From positions 18,800,538 to 18,864,537 of the forward strand of contig NC_057720.1 in NCBI RefSeq assembly GCF_004010195.1: a stretch of 64,000 bases of DNA, given 5' to 3'. This DNA comes from Chiloscyllium plagiosum. Lineage: Eukaryota. The notes beneath the pieces were generated by a model. That model searched no databases. It was not told the origin of the DNA and saw nothing but the letters and a program-made list of their open reading frames with translations. Position numbers and translations under genes: made by a program. How positions within the stretch are numbered: the first letter of the stretch is position 1; each line of letters begins with the position of its first letter. Shown here piece by piece: positions 1 through 12,461 of the stretch.

Positions 1-1678
1 CCGTGCTCACTCCCCTAGAGGACTCGGTCCGTGCTCACTCTCCCCCGGGGGACTCGGCCCGTGCTCACTCCCTTGGGGGCCTGTGCCACTGCTCACTTTA
101 TTCCGGGGTCTCAGCCCGTGCTCACTCCCCGGGGGGACGAGGCCTGTTCTCACTCTGTTCCGGGTGACTCGGCCAGTGCTCACTCTGTTCCTTGTGACTC
201 GGCCCGTGCTCACTCCCCTAGAGGACTCGGTCCGTGCTCACTCTGTTCCGGGGGACTCAGTCTGTGCTCACTCCCCTGGGGGACTCGGTCCGTGCTCACT
301 CCCCTAGAGGACTCGGTCCGTGCTCACTCTGTTCCGGGGGACTCAGTCCGTGCTCACTCCCCTGGAGGACTTGGTCTGTGCTCACTCTGTTTCGGGGGAC
401 TCGGCCAGTGCTCACTCTGTTCCGGGGAACTCAGCCCGTGCTCACTCTGTTCCGGGGGACTCGGCCCGTGCTCACTCTGTTCCGGGGGACTCGGCCAGTG
501 CTCACTCTGTTCCGGGGGACTCAGCCGGTTCTCATTCCCCCGGGGGACTCGACCAGTGCTCACTCCCCGGGGGACTCGGCCAGTGCTCACTCTGTTCTGG
601 GGGACTCGGCACATGCTCACTCCCCCAGGAGAATCAGCCCATGCTCACTCCCCCGGCGGACTCGGCCCGTGCTCACACTGTTCCGGGTGACTTGGCCCGT
701 GCTCGCTCCCCCAGGGGACTTGGCCCGTGCTCGCTCCCCCGGGGGACTTCGCCAGTGCTCACTCTGTTCCGGGGGACTTGGCCCGTGCTCGCTCCCCCGG
801 GGGATTTGGCCAGTGCTCACCACTCTGTTCCGGGGGACTCGGTCCGTGCTCACTCTGTTCCGGGGGACTCGGTCCGTGCTCACTCTGTTCCGGGGGACTC
901 GGTCCGTGCTCACTCTGTTCCGGGGGACACGGCCCGTGCTCACTCCCCCGGGGAACTCGGCCCGTGCTCACTCTGTTTCGGGGGACTCGGCCCATGCTCA
1001 CTCTGTTCCAGGGGACTCGGCCCGTGCTCACTCCCCCGGGGAACTCGGGCAGTGCTCACTCCACCTGGGGACTCGGCCTGTGCTCACTGGCCCAGGGGAG
1101 CCAGCCCGTGCGCACTCCCCCGGGGGACCCGGCCAGTGCTTACTCCCCCGGGGGACTCGGCCCGTGCTCACTCCCTTGGGGGCCTGTGCCACTGCTCACT
1201 TTATTCCGGGGTCTCAGCCCGTGCTCACTCCCCGGGGGGACTCGGCCTGTTCTCACTCTGTTCCGGGTGACTCGGCCAGTGCTCACTCTGTTCCTTGTGA
1301 CTCGGCCCGTGCTCACTCCCCTAGAGGACTCGGCTCGTGCTCACTCCCCCGGGGGACTTGCTCCGTGCTCACTCTGTTCTGGGGAACTCAGCCCGTGCTC
1401 ACTCTGTTCCGGGGGACTCGGTCCGTGCTCACTCTGTTCCGTGGGACTCGGTCCGTGCTCACTCTGTTCCGGGGGACTCGGTCCGTGCTCACTCTGTTCC
1501 GGGGGACTCGGTCTGTGCTCACTCCTCTGGGGGACTCGGCCCGGAACAGAGTGAGCACAGGCCAAGTCCCCCGGGGGAGTGAGCACGGGCCGAGTCCCCC
1601 AGAACAGAGTGAGCACGGACCGAGTCCCCCGGGGGAGTGAGCACTGGCCGAGTCCCCCGGGGGAGTGAGTACGGGCTC
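1..1678. repeat. GC-rich minisatellite, about 27-30 bp unit (GTGCTCACTCTGTTCCGGGGGACTCGGCCC), last units (1541-1678) inverted
   Basis: Directly visible tandem units; runs off the window start. Confidence 0.95.
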
Positions 1679-2251
1679 ATCTATACTTTTTTTCTCTGTC
1701 ACAGCATTTTGTTTTACTCTGTGAGGTATGTACCTAGGTACTTGTACGTAAGGTTTCATCATTAAAGGCAGCCATTGTAATAAGCCTTTACTGTACTCCT
1801 GTACATCTGTGACAAGAAAGGATATTCTTATCAAATCTATTCTATTCTTTTCCGGCATCCTGAAAATGTCCTTTCCCAGCACTGCGGGAATAGGGATCTC
1901 GACTGTTGCTTTCCAGGGTCTACCAAAATCATCTTTGTGTGGTCTGGATCAGTAATGATCAGTGTAATTGATGAATAAGAACTCCGCTGGCCACTGGGTC
2001 TGCCTTACCCAAGTGCCCTATTCTGCACCCACCCCAATATGCCCCCATTCCCCACCCTCTTGCCCCTCCTTTCACCCTCAAATGCTGCATTTCCTAGGAC
2101 AAAGAAATCCTGGCTCTGCCAATAAGGTAAATGTAAGCCTGACTTGCGGAGGTTTTCCAGCATTTTCCATTACAGTCCCACACAATTCCAGGCAGGATGG
2201 TAGCAAATATATCTTTCTTGTTGATTTCTCCCTCTCTCAATCATTCCAGGT

Positions 2252-2556
2252 TTAGATTAATTACAGTGTGGAAACAGGCCCTTCGGCCCAACTAGTCCAC
2301 ACTGACCCGCCGAAGCGTAACCCACCCAGACCCATTCACCTACATTTACCCCTTCACCTAACACCACGAGCAATTTAGCATGGCCAATTCACCTAACCTG
2401 CACATTTTTGGATTGTGGGAGGAAACCGGAGCACCCCCACACAGACACGGGGAGAATGTGCAAACTCCACACAGAGAGTCGCCTAAGGCGGGAATTGAAC
2501 CCGGGTCTCAGGCGCTGTGATGCAGCAGTGCTAACCACTGTGCCACTGTACCGCCC
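2252..2556 (-). mobile_element. HE1-type tRNA-derived V-SINE
   Basis: tRNA-like head GGTGGCACAGTGGTTAGCACT...GGGTTCAATTCCC, V-domain GTGGAGTTTGCACATTCTCCCCGTGTCTG, CR1-like tail. Confidence 0.85.
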
Positions 2557-3043
2557 AAAGGTGTCAAGCCAAGCTCCCATTCTAAAGAAAGGACACTGGA
2601 CCTGAAACTCTGCTTTCTCTCCACAGATGCTGCTAGACCTGCTGAGTTTCTACAGCAATTTCGGGTTTTGTTTCTGATTTCCAACATCCACAGTTCTTCG
2701 GGGGGTTTTTGTTTCCAGTTCTGGATGATTCAGCATCACGCTGGGCAACACCTTTACTACAAAGTCATCAGGGAACCCTGAGTGTTTTTTTGCAAAAACA
2801 TCTATGTGGTAAACAGGTATTCCCCTGAAGAACTGTGCACGATAATGTGCAACTGTTGACAGACATTTTATTGTGATAAGGACTATAACCTCTCCTGATG
2901 AAAATGATCCGATTAAAGCAACAAAACATGGTTTTGTTTTTGAATGACCAGTTGATGTTAATGATAATGTGTGTATGCTGTCCACACATTCCTATTTACA
3001 TCCTGAATCTTGCTGACACAATCTGATATTATGTGTAAAACAA

Positions 3044-3350
3044 CACCAGGGACTCGGGTTCAATTTCAGCCTCGGGCGACTGTCTGTGCAGAGTTTGCAC
3101 ATTCTCCCCGTGTCTGTGTGGGTTCCCCTCCATGTGCTCCAGTTTCTTCCCACCATCCAAAGGTATGCAGGTTGGGTGAATTAGCCATGCTGAATTGCCC
3201 ATAGTGTCCAAGGATGTGCAGGCGAGGTGGATTAGTCGTGGCAAATGCAGGGCTACAGGGATAGTACAGGGATGTGTTGCTCTTCAGAGGGACAGTGTGG
3301 ACTCAATGGGCTGAATGGCCTGCTTCCACACTGTGATGATTCTATGATTC
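3044..3350 (+). mobile_element. HE1-type SINE, 5' truncated
   Basis: V-domain and tail ATTCTATGATTC. Confidence 0.8.
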
Positions 3351-4472
3351 TTTTGGTAAAGGAGCTTGTTTCGATTTTGGACAAGAGATGAGTGATCAGA
3401 GATGGAAGACGGAGCATAGATGAGAGACATTCATGTGGGTGAGGGTTGAGCTAACGGCATTATAGCAATGAAAAATAATCCGAAAGGTGAGAGAGAGGTA
3501 AGCTAATGTGATTATGGGCCTTTGGAAAGGGGTTCTAGTCAGCAGTGGCTGACAAATCAGCCTGTAATGGAATAAAGTAGGTAACATTCTTTATTCTTCT
3601 CCATGGATTGTGAGCATTACTGCAAGGTATCACAGTATTTGTTGCCCATCCCCAATTGCCCCTGAGTGGCTAGACAGGCTATTTCAGAGGTCAGCTAAGA
3701 GTCAACCACATTGGTTTGGGGCTGGAGTCACATGTAGGCCAGATCAGATAAAGATGGCAGATTTCCTTCCCTAAAGAATATTAGTGAACCAGGTGGGTTT
3801 ATTACGCTAGGTAATTATGCTACCTTATTCCAGACTTTATTAAATTCAAATTTCACCATCTGCCATGATGCAATTTGAAATTACGTCTCCAGGGCTTTAC
3901 TCTGGCAGACTGGATTAGTAGTCCATTAACACTGCCTCTCCTTCTAGGGCAAGAAACACAGAGGTAGAGGAGCAGGGCTTGCCAGTTGGGATGCATTTTG
4001 ATAAAACGTGACTGGAGAGTCTGGAACGCAGCAGGTCTGGCAGCATCTGTGGAGAGAAAGCAGAGTCCAAACTGAAGAAAGGTCACTCTTCCAGCAATTT
4101 CTGTTTTTGTTTCTGACTTCCAGCATCAACAATTCTTTGGTTTTCCTGCAAATTCAAAAGGTCTGTAATATGGAAAGTGCTGGAAACACCTATTATATCA
4201 ACAAGGATGAGAATAGGCCTTTGATTACAGGTTAATTTTCCAGCTATTTCTGTTTCTGTTTCCTGAATTTACAGTTTTTCTTTCCATTTCCTCAACTTTC
4301 CAATATTCATTCCATATTTTCCCTCTTTTTAAAAAAAATAATTTTTTTTTGCTTTCTTCATGATGTTTTGTTATCTCTCTGGGATGACATATTCTATCAT
4401 TGAACAGCTTCCTGTTTTCCTGTTCCAAGGATTGTAGGTCATTCAACTTCATGAAAAACTTTGCTGTATTTA

Positions 4473-4806
4473 ATTAGATTAGATTAGTTTTTTAAAATTA
4501 GATTAGCTACAGTGTGGAAACAGGCCCTTCGGTCCAACAAGTCCACACCGACCCTCCAAAGAGAACCCATCCCCCCCTATATTTACCCCTGACTAATCCA
4601 CCTAACACTACGGGCAATTTAGCATGGCCAATTCACCTGGCCTGCACATCTTTGAGACTGTGGGAGGAAACCTGAGCACCCGGGGAAAACCCACGCAGAC
4701 ACGGGGAGAATGTGCAAACTCCACAGACAGTTGCCCGAGGTGGGAATTGAACCCAGGTCTACTGGTACTGTGAGGCAGCAGTGCTAACCACTGAGCCACC
4801 ATGCCA
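4473..4806 (-). mobile_element. HE1-type SINE
   Basis: Same diagnostic motifs. Confidence 0.85.
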
Positions 4807-5474
4807 CAAGATTGGTGAATGCTTGCTCCCATTTTTCTTCGATAGTTCCCAATCCTAGTAAGAATATCTGACTTATGCTTCAGTTTTCATTTCTGACAAA
4901 AGGGTCAATGTTTTTTACTTTTATTTCAAACTTTATATTTTCTTTCTACAACAGTGGAGTTGGTTACTGTTTTATGAATAGCTAAATCATCTTAGCCTCT
5001 TATCTAATGTCCAACCTATTTTCACGTTTACCATATTTTGTTGGCCTCATAACTTTGTACACGATTCCCACCATTAGTTTTTATCACAAATAGACTTTTT
5101 TGTTAAAAATTCACTGAATGTGAAGGTCCATTGGGCCCAATGATGATGACCATTGGATACAATCCTTCTGATCTTTAGAACTTCTCTGGACATTCCTTCA
5201 ATCACTACACTGTCCTCAAGGGAGAATTCTTTTTTCCCCAGTATTGGGTAACTTGGAGCTGTGTCCGTGTCACAATTTTACTTCCCTAGATACACAGCAT
5301 CCCTCTCTATTTGAAGCTGAACCAGTCAGTTTTAAAACTTGCTGTCATGTCTGACCTACACTTGTCTGTCTTATATAAATTATATGCTCCATCACCTACT
5401 TTCACCTCCTCTACATTGCTTGACTCAGCTTCTGATTCAACTCACCTGCTTATGAAATCTTTATCCATACCTTG

Positions 5475-5915
5475 GCTATTAGGACTAAAATTGGACCCTT
5501 GAAGACAGAAACAGGGGAATATATTACGGGGAACAAAGAAATGGCAGAAGAATTGAATTGGTACTTCAGATCTGTGTTCACTGGGGAAGACACAAGCAAT
5601 CTCCCAGAGGTAACAGAGGCTGAAGGACCTGAACTGAAGGGAATTTATATTTGCCAGGAATTGGTGTTGGAGAGACTGTTAGGCCTGAAGGCTGATAAGT
5701 CCCCGGGGCCTGATGGTCTACATCCCAGGGTACTGAACGATGTGGCTCAGGAAATCGTGGATGCGTTGGTGATTATTTTCCAGAGTTCGATAGATTCGGG
5801 ATCAGTTCCTGTGGATTGGAGGGTGGCTAATGTTGTACCACTTTTTAAGCAAGGTGGGAGAGAGAAAGCAGGAAATTATAGACCAATTAGTCTGACCTCA
5901 GTGGTGGGAAAGATG
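5475..5915 (+). mobile_element. CR1-clade LINE ORF2 fragment
   Basis: KSPGPDGLHPRVL...WRVANVVPLFK...NYRPISLTSVVGK. Confidence 0.85.
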
Positions 5916-6520
5916 GCATTATTTGACGTGAGAGAGTCCATTCATCAGTCTAAATTTGTCAGGGAAGAAGCTGTTCCTGGACTTGCTGGTACGTGTTCAA
6001 ACTTGTGTATTTTCTGCCCTGACGGAAGATCTTGTAGGAGAGCTTTACCAGGGTGCGATGGGGCTTTGATGATGTTGGTAGCTTCCATGGGTGGAAGGTT
6101 GGCTTCTGTGATGGTCTGGGCTGTGCCCACAACCCTCTGCAGTTTCTTATGGTCCTGGGTAGAGCAGTTGCCGTACCAGGCCGTTATGCATCTGGTCTGT
6201 ATGCTTTCAATGGTGCATCTGGAGAAGTTGGCGAGGGTCTTAATGGACATGTCGAATTTCCTGAGCCAGCTGAGGAAGAAGAGGCGTTGTGCCTTCTTGA
6301 CAATCACATCTACGTGGGAAGTTCAGGACAGGTTGCTGGTTTTCGTCACTCCTGGGAACTTGTCGCTCTCCACCCTCTCAACCTCAGCTCTGTTGATGTG
6401 GATGGAGACGTGTACTCCTCCTTTCTTCCTGAAGTCAAAGGTCAGTTCTTTAGTTTTGCTGACATTGATTGAGAGGGTGTTCTCAATGCACCCCCATGTC
6501 ACCAAGCCCTCTATCTCCTT
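5916..6520 (-). mobile_element. Rex1/Babar-like LINE RT C-terminal fragment
   Basis: NVSKTKELTFDFRK; KKAQRLFFLSWLRKF; CTIESIQTRCITAWYG. Confidence 0.75.
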
Positions 6521-6771
6521 TCTGTATTTATTGTGAACAGCTGGGGACCAAGCACTGAGCCTTGTGGTACCCCATAAGTCAAAGTCAGCCATCATGACAA
6601 TGACCCATTCATTCCTACTCTGTTTCTGTCAGCCAATCATTAATCTGTGCCAGGACATTACCTCCCATCTCCCAGATGCTTTAATTTTTGAACTAGTCTC
6701 TTTTGCTGGGAGCCTTTATCAAAAGCCTCTTGAAAATCTAAATTTATTACATCCACTGACTCCCCTCTATC

Positions 6772-7056
6772 AAATACGGGGTAGACCATTTAGGACTGAG
6801 ATGAGGAGAAACTTCTTCACCCAGAGAGTGGTGGCTGTGTGGAATGCTCTGCCCCAGAGGGCAGTGGAGGCCCAGTCTCTGGATTCATTTAAGAAAGAAT
6901 CGGATAGAGCTCTCAAGGATAGTGGAATCAAGGACTATGGAGATAAGGCAGGAACAGGATAGTGATTAAGGATGATCAGCCATGATCATATTGAATGGCG
7001 GTGCAGGCTCGAAGGGCAGAATGGCCTACTCCTGCACCTATTGTCTATTGTCTATT
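6772..7056 (+). mobile_element. CR1 LINE 3' end
   Basis: FRTEMRRNFFTQRVVAVWNALP; tail (CTATTGT)n. Confidence 0.85.
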
Positions 7057-7696
7057 ACTATCATATAGCTCCTTTTCACTTGCTTTTCATTTTCCGGGCA
7101 CAAAGTTGACATTTTAATTTGTATCATCCTTTTCTTCCAACCACTTGCACACACACCTAAGTTGGCTTCCAGTCCAGAAACACCTTACTTTAAAACTCTC
7201 ATACTTGATTGCAAAATCCTCCACAGTCTGGTCTTCCTTTTTTACTTGTGTCGTCTTGTCCATCCTTGTGAGACCTTGAGACTCCTGCTGTTTTCCAGTT
7301 CTGGGCTCTTGTGCATTCTGAAATTAACTGCTTTATTATCTGTCACTTGACCTTCAATTGATTGTCCCTAGTTCTTGAATTTAATTTCTAAATCTTTCTA
7401 TCTCTTGACCTCTCCTCCTCTAAAATGGTTCTTAAACTTCGGACTAAGTTTTTATTAATCTGTTTTTAATCCTTTAGCTTTTTAACATTAAGATGCTTTT
7501 TACTCCTGTAAAGCCCCTTAAAGTTACTATAGATATTGTGACTTATGTTTTAAAATCTATTACCTTTTCACAAATCCTTTACTCTGTCTTTAATCTATAG
7601 TTACCCTTTCTGTACATCTTTCACCTCGCACTGTTGGGATGGTAAAACAATATAGTAATATTGATTACTTTTAGATATTGACAGGTCCTGATAGAT

Positions 7697-7829
7697 AGGT
7701 AAAAACAAGTACTGCAGATGCTGGAAACCAGGGTCTAGATTAGAGTGGTGCTGGAAAAGCATAGCAGGTCAGGCAGCATCCGAGGAGCAGGAAAATCGAC
7801 GTTTCGGGCAAAAGCCCTTCATCAGGAAT
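7697..7829 (-). mobile_element. 133-bp Penelope-derived mini-element with hammerhead core (family A), 14-bp TSD
   Basis: TSD AGGTCCTGATAGAT at 7683-7696 and 7830-7843; minus strand reads CTGATGA A GGGC TTTT GCCC GAAA CGTC. Confidence 0.8.
7798..7825 (-). ncRNA. Minimal hammerhead ribozyme core (family A)
   Basis: CUGAUGA, 4-bp stem II GGGC/GCCC, GAAA, GUC triplet; stem I weak. Confidence 0.65.
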
Positions 7830-8390
7830 AGGTCCTGATAGATGCACTATCTGCAGAATAGCACTTTTGAAGATCAATAATTCACGGTGACTAACCAATT
7901 TAATTGTCCATAATTTACAGTAAATGTTATATATGGCATAATTTATCATTTAAACGTGGTCCATTAACGGATAATAACTGTCATTCCCCATGATTTCATA
8001 GGAACAAGTTACATAACTGTTCGTAATTGTTGAACAGTTGATTTCATAATGGGAGGGGATGGTCTAATTTATTTGGACGAGACCCCTAGATTGATTATAT
8101 TCTCCTTTCAGTGTCTAATTTACTTATTGAATGTGTTCATGGGACATAAGTATCACTAGCAAGGGCAGCAATTATTGCCTTTGAAAAGTTAAATGTGAGC
8201 AGTTTTCTTACACTGTTACAATCTGTAGGTTGCTGGAGCACCCTCATAGCTGTTAAGGAGGGGTTCCAGGATTTTGATCTAGGGACAATGAGGGAACAGA
8301 TATATTTCCAAGCCAGAATGGTGCACAGCTTGGAGGAAAACTTTATAGTGGTCCCATTCATCTGCTGACATTATGTCTATGGAGGTCACG

Positions 8391-9044
8391 AATCATAGGA
8401 TCCCTACCGTATGGAAACAGGCCCTTTGGTCCAACAAGTCCACACCGACCCTCTAAAGAGTAACCTATCTAGACCCATTCCCCTACATTTGCCCTAGACT
8501 AATGCACCTAACCTACACATCCCTGACCACTAAGGGCAATTTAATATGGCCAGTTCACCTAACATGCTGTTGTGGTTCTGTTCGTCGAGCTGGGAATTTG
8601 TGTTGCAGACATTTCGTCCCCTGTCTAGGTGACATCCTCAGTGCTTGGGAGCCTCCTGTGAAGCGCTTCTGTGATGTTTCCTCCGGCATTTATAGTGGTC
8701 TGTCCCTGCCGCTTCCGGTTGTCAGTTCCAGCTGTCCGTTGCAGTGGTCGGTATACTGGGTCCAGGTCGATGTGCTTATTGATTGAATCTGTGGATGAGT
8801 GCCATGCCTCTAGGAATTCCCTGGCTACACGAGCACCCGAGCTACAAATCTTCTCACAAACTTTGATCACCTAACATGTGCATCTTTGGATTATGGGAGG
8901 AAATCAGAGCATCTGGAGAGAACCCACGCAGACACGGAGAGAATGTGCAAACTCCACACAGTCAGCTGCCCAAGCTGGAATTGAACCTGGGTCCCTAGTG
9001 CTGTGTGGCAGCAATGCTAACCACTGAGCCACCTGTGCCATCGT
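8391..9044 (-). mobile_element. HE1-type SINE split by the Penelope insertion at 8567-8866
   Basis: SINE halves join across the TSD. Confidence 0.8.
8567..8866 (-). mobile_element. Penelope-like element 3' fragment (GIY-YIG C-terminus plus hammerhead, family B) inserted in an HE1 SINE, 12-bp TSD
   Basis: Translates AREFLEAWHSSTDSINKHIDLDPVYRPL; TSD TCACCTAACATG at 8555-8566 and 8867-8878. Confidence 0.75.
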
Positions 9045-12000
9045 GGGTTTGGAAGATGTTGTCGAAGGAGTTCGCTGAATTGCTGCTGTGCATTTTGTAG
9101 CTGCTGCTGTTGTCGTGGTGGAGTGAATGTTTAAGGCAGTGGATGGGCTATCAGTCTAGTGGACTGCTTTGGTTTGGATGATGTTGAACTTCTTGACCTC
9201 TGTTAGACCAACTTTCATGCAGGGGGTTGGAGAATGTTCTATCACACTCCTTAGTGGGGTTTTGTAAATAAGCTATAAGGAGACAGGAGTTGAACTACCT
9301 GCTGCAGGATTCCCAGTTTGTCACCAACTTGATTTGGCACAGTATTATGCAACTGTTCCAGTTAGGTTTCTGGTCAACGGTGATAGGCCAGATGTTGAGA
9401 ATTGCTGAAATTTGGTTCCAGTGCTGAACTACTCAGAACTCTTGTCATTTTTCATTAATAATAAGAGCTCATGTTGCACATACTTTCCGATGTTTAGTGA
9501 ATGTGGTTTAGCCAGTGCAGTCTAGAGTGTATTCTTTAACACCTGGGACCTCACAAACCTGGTATGTTTGTTGCAGTGTCTACACACGCAAATCCTGAAA
9601 TCTGAAGGAAACAGAGTGCATCATTTCTAACTCTGACCCAGCTATGATGATGTTAATATTTATAGACAGTAACGATATTTTAAAACTTTTATCACTACTA
9701 AGTGAAGTAATGCCGCTGTACACATTAAATTTTAAATATGCAGAGGTCCCTGAAAGACTGACTGTTTTTCATCATGTTTTTGCTGCAAGACTACTCTTGA
9801 TGCAGTTGTTGTGTGAAGGTTATTTATAGCAGGGTGCTGTGGGTTGGCCTTTAGGAAACAACATACATTCCTGCACTTAGAGCACATCTTATGTCACTAT
9901 GAAAAAAATTAAAAATGAATTTCTTTTCTGAGGCATGATTACTCCTGAATTAAATTACTCCACCAGTTGTCTCTGTCTGATAAGAGAGATGCTCCATTGT
10001 CTGATAAGACAATGGTGACTTAGCTCATAACAGAGAAAATGAACGGCAATGTGTGAGTTTGTGAAGGAGCAAACACAGAATTTAGTGAGGAAATGGAGAT
10101 AATATAGTCATCAATGTTGCGGACACATCCCAGAACAGCTTGGACACAGTAAAACTGCCAAACACGCCCACTAAAAATTGCAGTCCTCAGTTTTGTCACC
10201 TGTAAATCTGAGGGCAGATAAGTGAGTCAAACTGGACAATACAACTCCAGAGACACAGGGAGTTCAATAAACCACATAGGGGTTCTAAATGAACATTAAG
10301 TTTAAATTATTTAACAAATTATTGGCAGAATGTAATTCTGAAAACCTTTGCTACTTAACTCGCTGTGCACATATACTTACCAAAGCAAAAGAACTGGCGC
10401 TGAATTAAGTTTTAAATTGCCTCATACACGTTGCCAAGTTTCAATGTACCACACAGAAGCCATTATCAAGTTTGCCAATTGCTACATTTTTTTGGTTTAT
10501 CCACACTAATTATTTTCACTATAATTCATTAAATTCCGTACTTCAGGTGATGTGCTCTGTGTAAACTGCAAAGCAAGTTGGTTTATACCAGTCCGGTATC
10601 ATCGGACATTTTGTTGCATGCTTTCAGACCAAAAGCTCAGAGTGCCTGATTGATGTTACCAGACCTTCCTCTGTTGATTTTTAAATATGCTTCAGCTGGA
10701 TGGGATCCATTTTTTTTAAAACCTGGCTCTTATTTAACAATCTTTTGCTTTCTCACTGAGAATAATAAATGCTGAATTGTATACTTCTGTGAAATCGATG
10801 AAAAATCTCAACAATGTTGAATACCAGCAACACCCATAGCAGCTCTAGCATTCACTGTTGTTGATTCAGTGACTGAAGTTCTGCAAGCACAAACCGGTTG
10901 CACAGTCCAGGTTGGTTTGGCTACTCACCCAGCCTGAGTCCTCCTACAATAAAACTCCGCTCCCATTCAGAGTAGGAACAAGGAAGGAGGCCACAAGCAA
11001 CATGCTCATGACCTTAAGGTCAGAAAGTGGACTTGGACCAGGGGGCTATCTTGCCCTCCTATTCCAGAGATGTACCTGGATCCTCTCCAACAGCCATCCA
11101 CTCGGTTTGTCATCATAACTAAAAAAGGACTGTTGCCAGTATCAGCAGAAAGTTGTATTTTTATCAAATTCCCTTGGTGTTAAAAAACAGGCATTACCCT
11201 GTTGCTTTTATATGGTGAGACTAGAATACCAATGGATGTACTCTATCCGCTTATATCAGTTCGACTATAAGATCATATGAAGTAGACCATTCAACCTACT
11301 GAGTCCACTTCACCAGCTGCTGTGTTCCTATGCATTTGTTTCCCCTGTCCTTCTAGAATGTAATGGTCCTGGGTTTGGAAGGTGCTGCCTATCTGCAGTT
11401 CACCTTGTAGATAGCACACACTGATGCTGCATGCACCAGTAATGAGGGAGTGAAGACTTGTCAACATGGTTAATCAAGTCCTGGATGGTGTCAAGCTTCT
11501 TGAGTTCTTTGTTGCTGCACACATCCAGGCAAGTGGAGAGTGTTCTCTGAAACTCCTGACTGCTGCTTTGTGGACGGGGAGCAGAAATTGGGGGGTCAGG
11601 AGGTGAGTTACTCACTGCAGAGATTTTTTAATGTTTACTTTTCATTCATCCACTGGATGTGTGTATTTCTGCCCAGAGGGCAGTTAAGAGTCTTTCATGT
11701 TGCCAAGGGCCACATTGGACTCATAATTCCAGATTTCTATTGAATTCAAATTCCACCACCTGCCATGGCAGATTTGAATCCAGGTCTCTGGATTAATTAT
11801 TTCATAATAATAGCATTAGGCTATTGTGCCCCCCGCCAAATTCCTAGCTTCTGATCTGTTCTCGTAGCCACAGCATTTATATGGCTTGTTTCTGGTCAAT
11901 AGTGACCCCAGGATGTTGGTAGTGAGAGACTCAATGGTAAGAATACTACTGAATGTCAAGGACAATGATTAGATTCTTTCTTGTTAGAGATGGTCACTGT

Positions 12001-12114
12001 ATAGCATAAATGATCATTGGCACTCATTAGCCCAGGCTTAGGTATCACCCAGGTCTTTTAGCAATTGGACATATACTACTGCAGAACCTGAGGAGTTGTT
12101 AATGGTGCTAATGC

Positions 12115-12461
12115 GCAGCATGGTGGCTCAGTGGTTAGCACTGCTGCCTCAGAGCCAGAGACCTAGGTTTAATTCCAGCCTCAGACAACTGTCTTTGTGG
12201 AGTTTGCACATTCTCCCTGTATCTGCGTGGGTTTCCTCCAAGTGCTCTGGTTTCAGCCCACAATCCAAAGATGTGCAGGTTAGGTGAATTGGCCATGGGA
12301 AGTTACCCATTGTATTCAGGGATGTGTAGGTTAGCTACATTAGTCAGGGATAAATATAGGATATTCGGGTGGGGGAGTGGGTCTGGGTGAGCTGTTCTTC
12401 GGAGGGTTGGTGTGGACCTGTTGGGCCAAAGGGACTGTTTCCAAACTGTATGGATTCTATG
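12115..12461 (+). mobile_element. HE1-type SINE
   Basis: Same diagnostic motifs. Confidence 0.85.

Noticed and set aside
1..1678. CRISPR-like repeat array
   Set aside because: Contiguous tandem units without unique spacers, eukaryotic context, no cas genes
31..1882. Long ORFs (up to 468 aa) in several frames
   Set aside because: Artefacts of a stop-poor GC-rich minisatellite; repetitive peptides, no splice structure or domain
5472..6536. 354-aa ORF as a gene
   Set aside because: Chance read-through from a CR1 ORF2 fragment into the antisense of a Rex/Babar-like fragment
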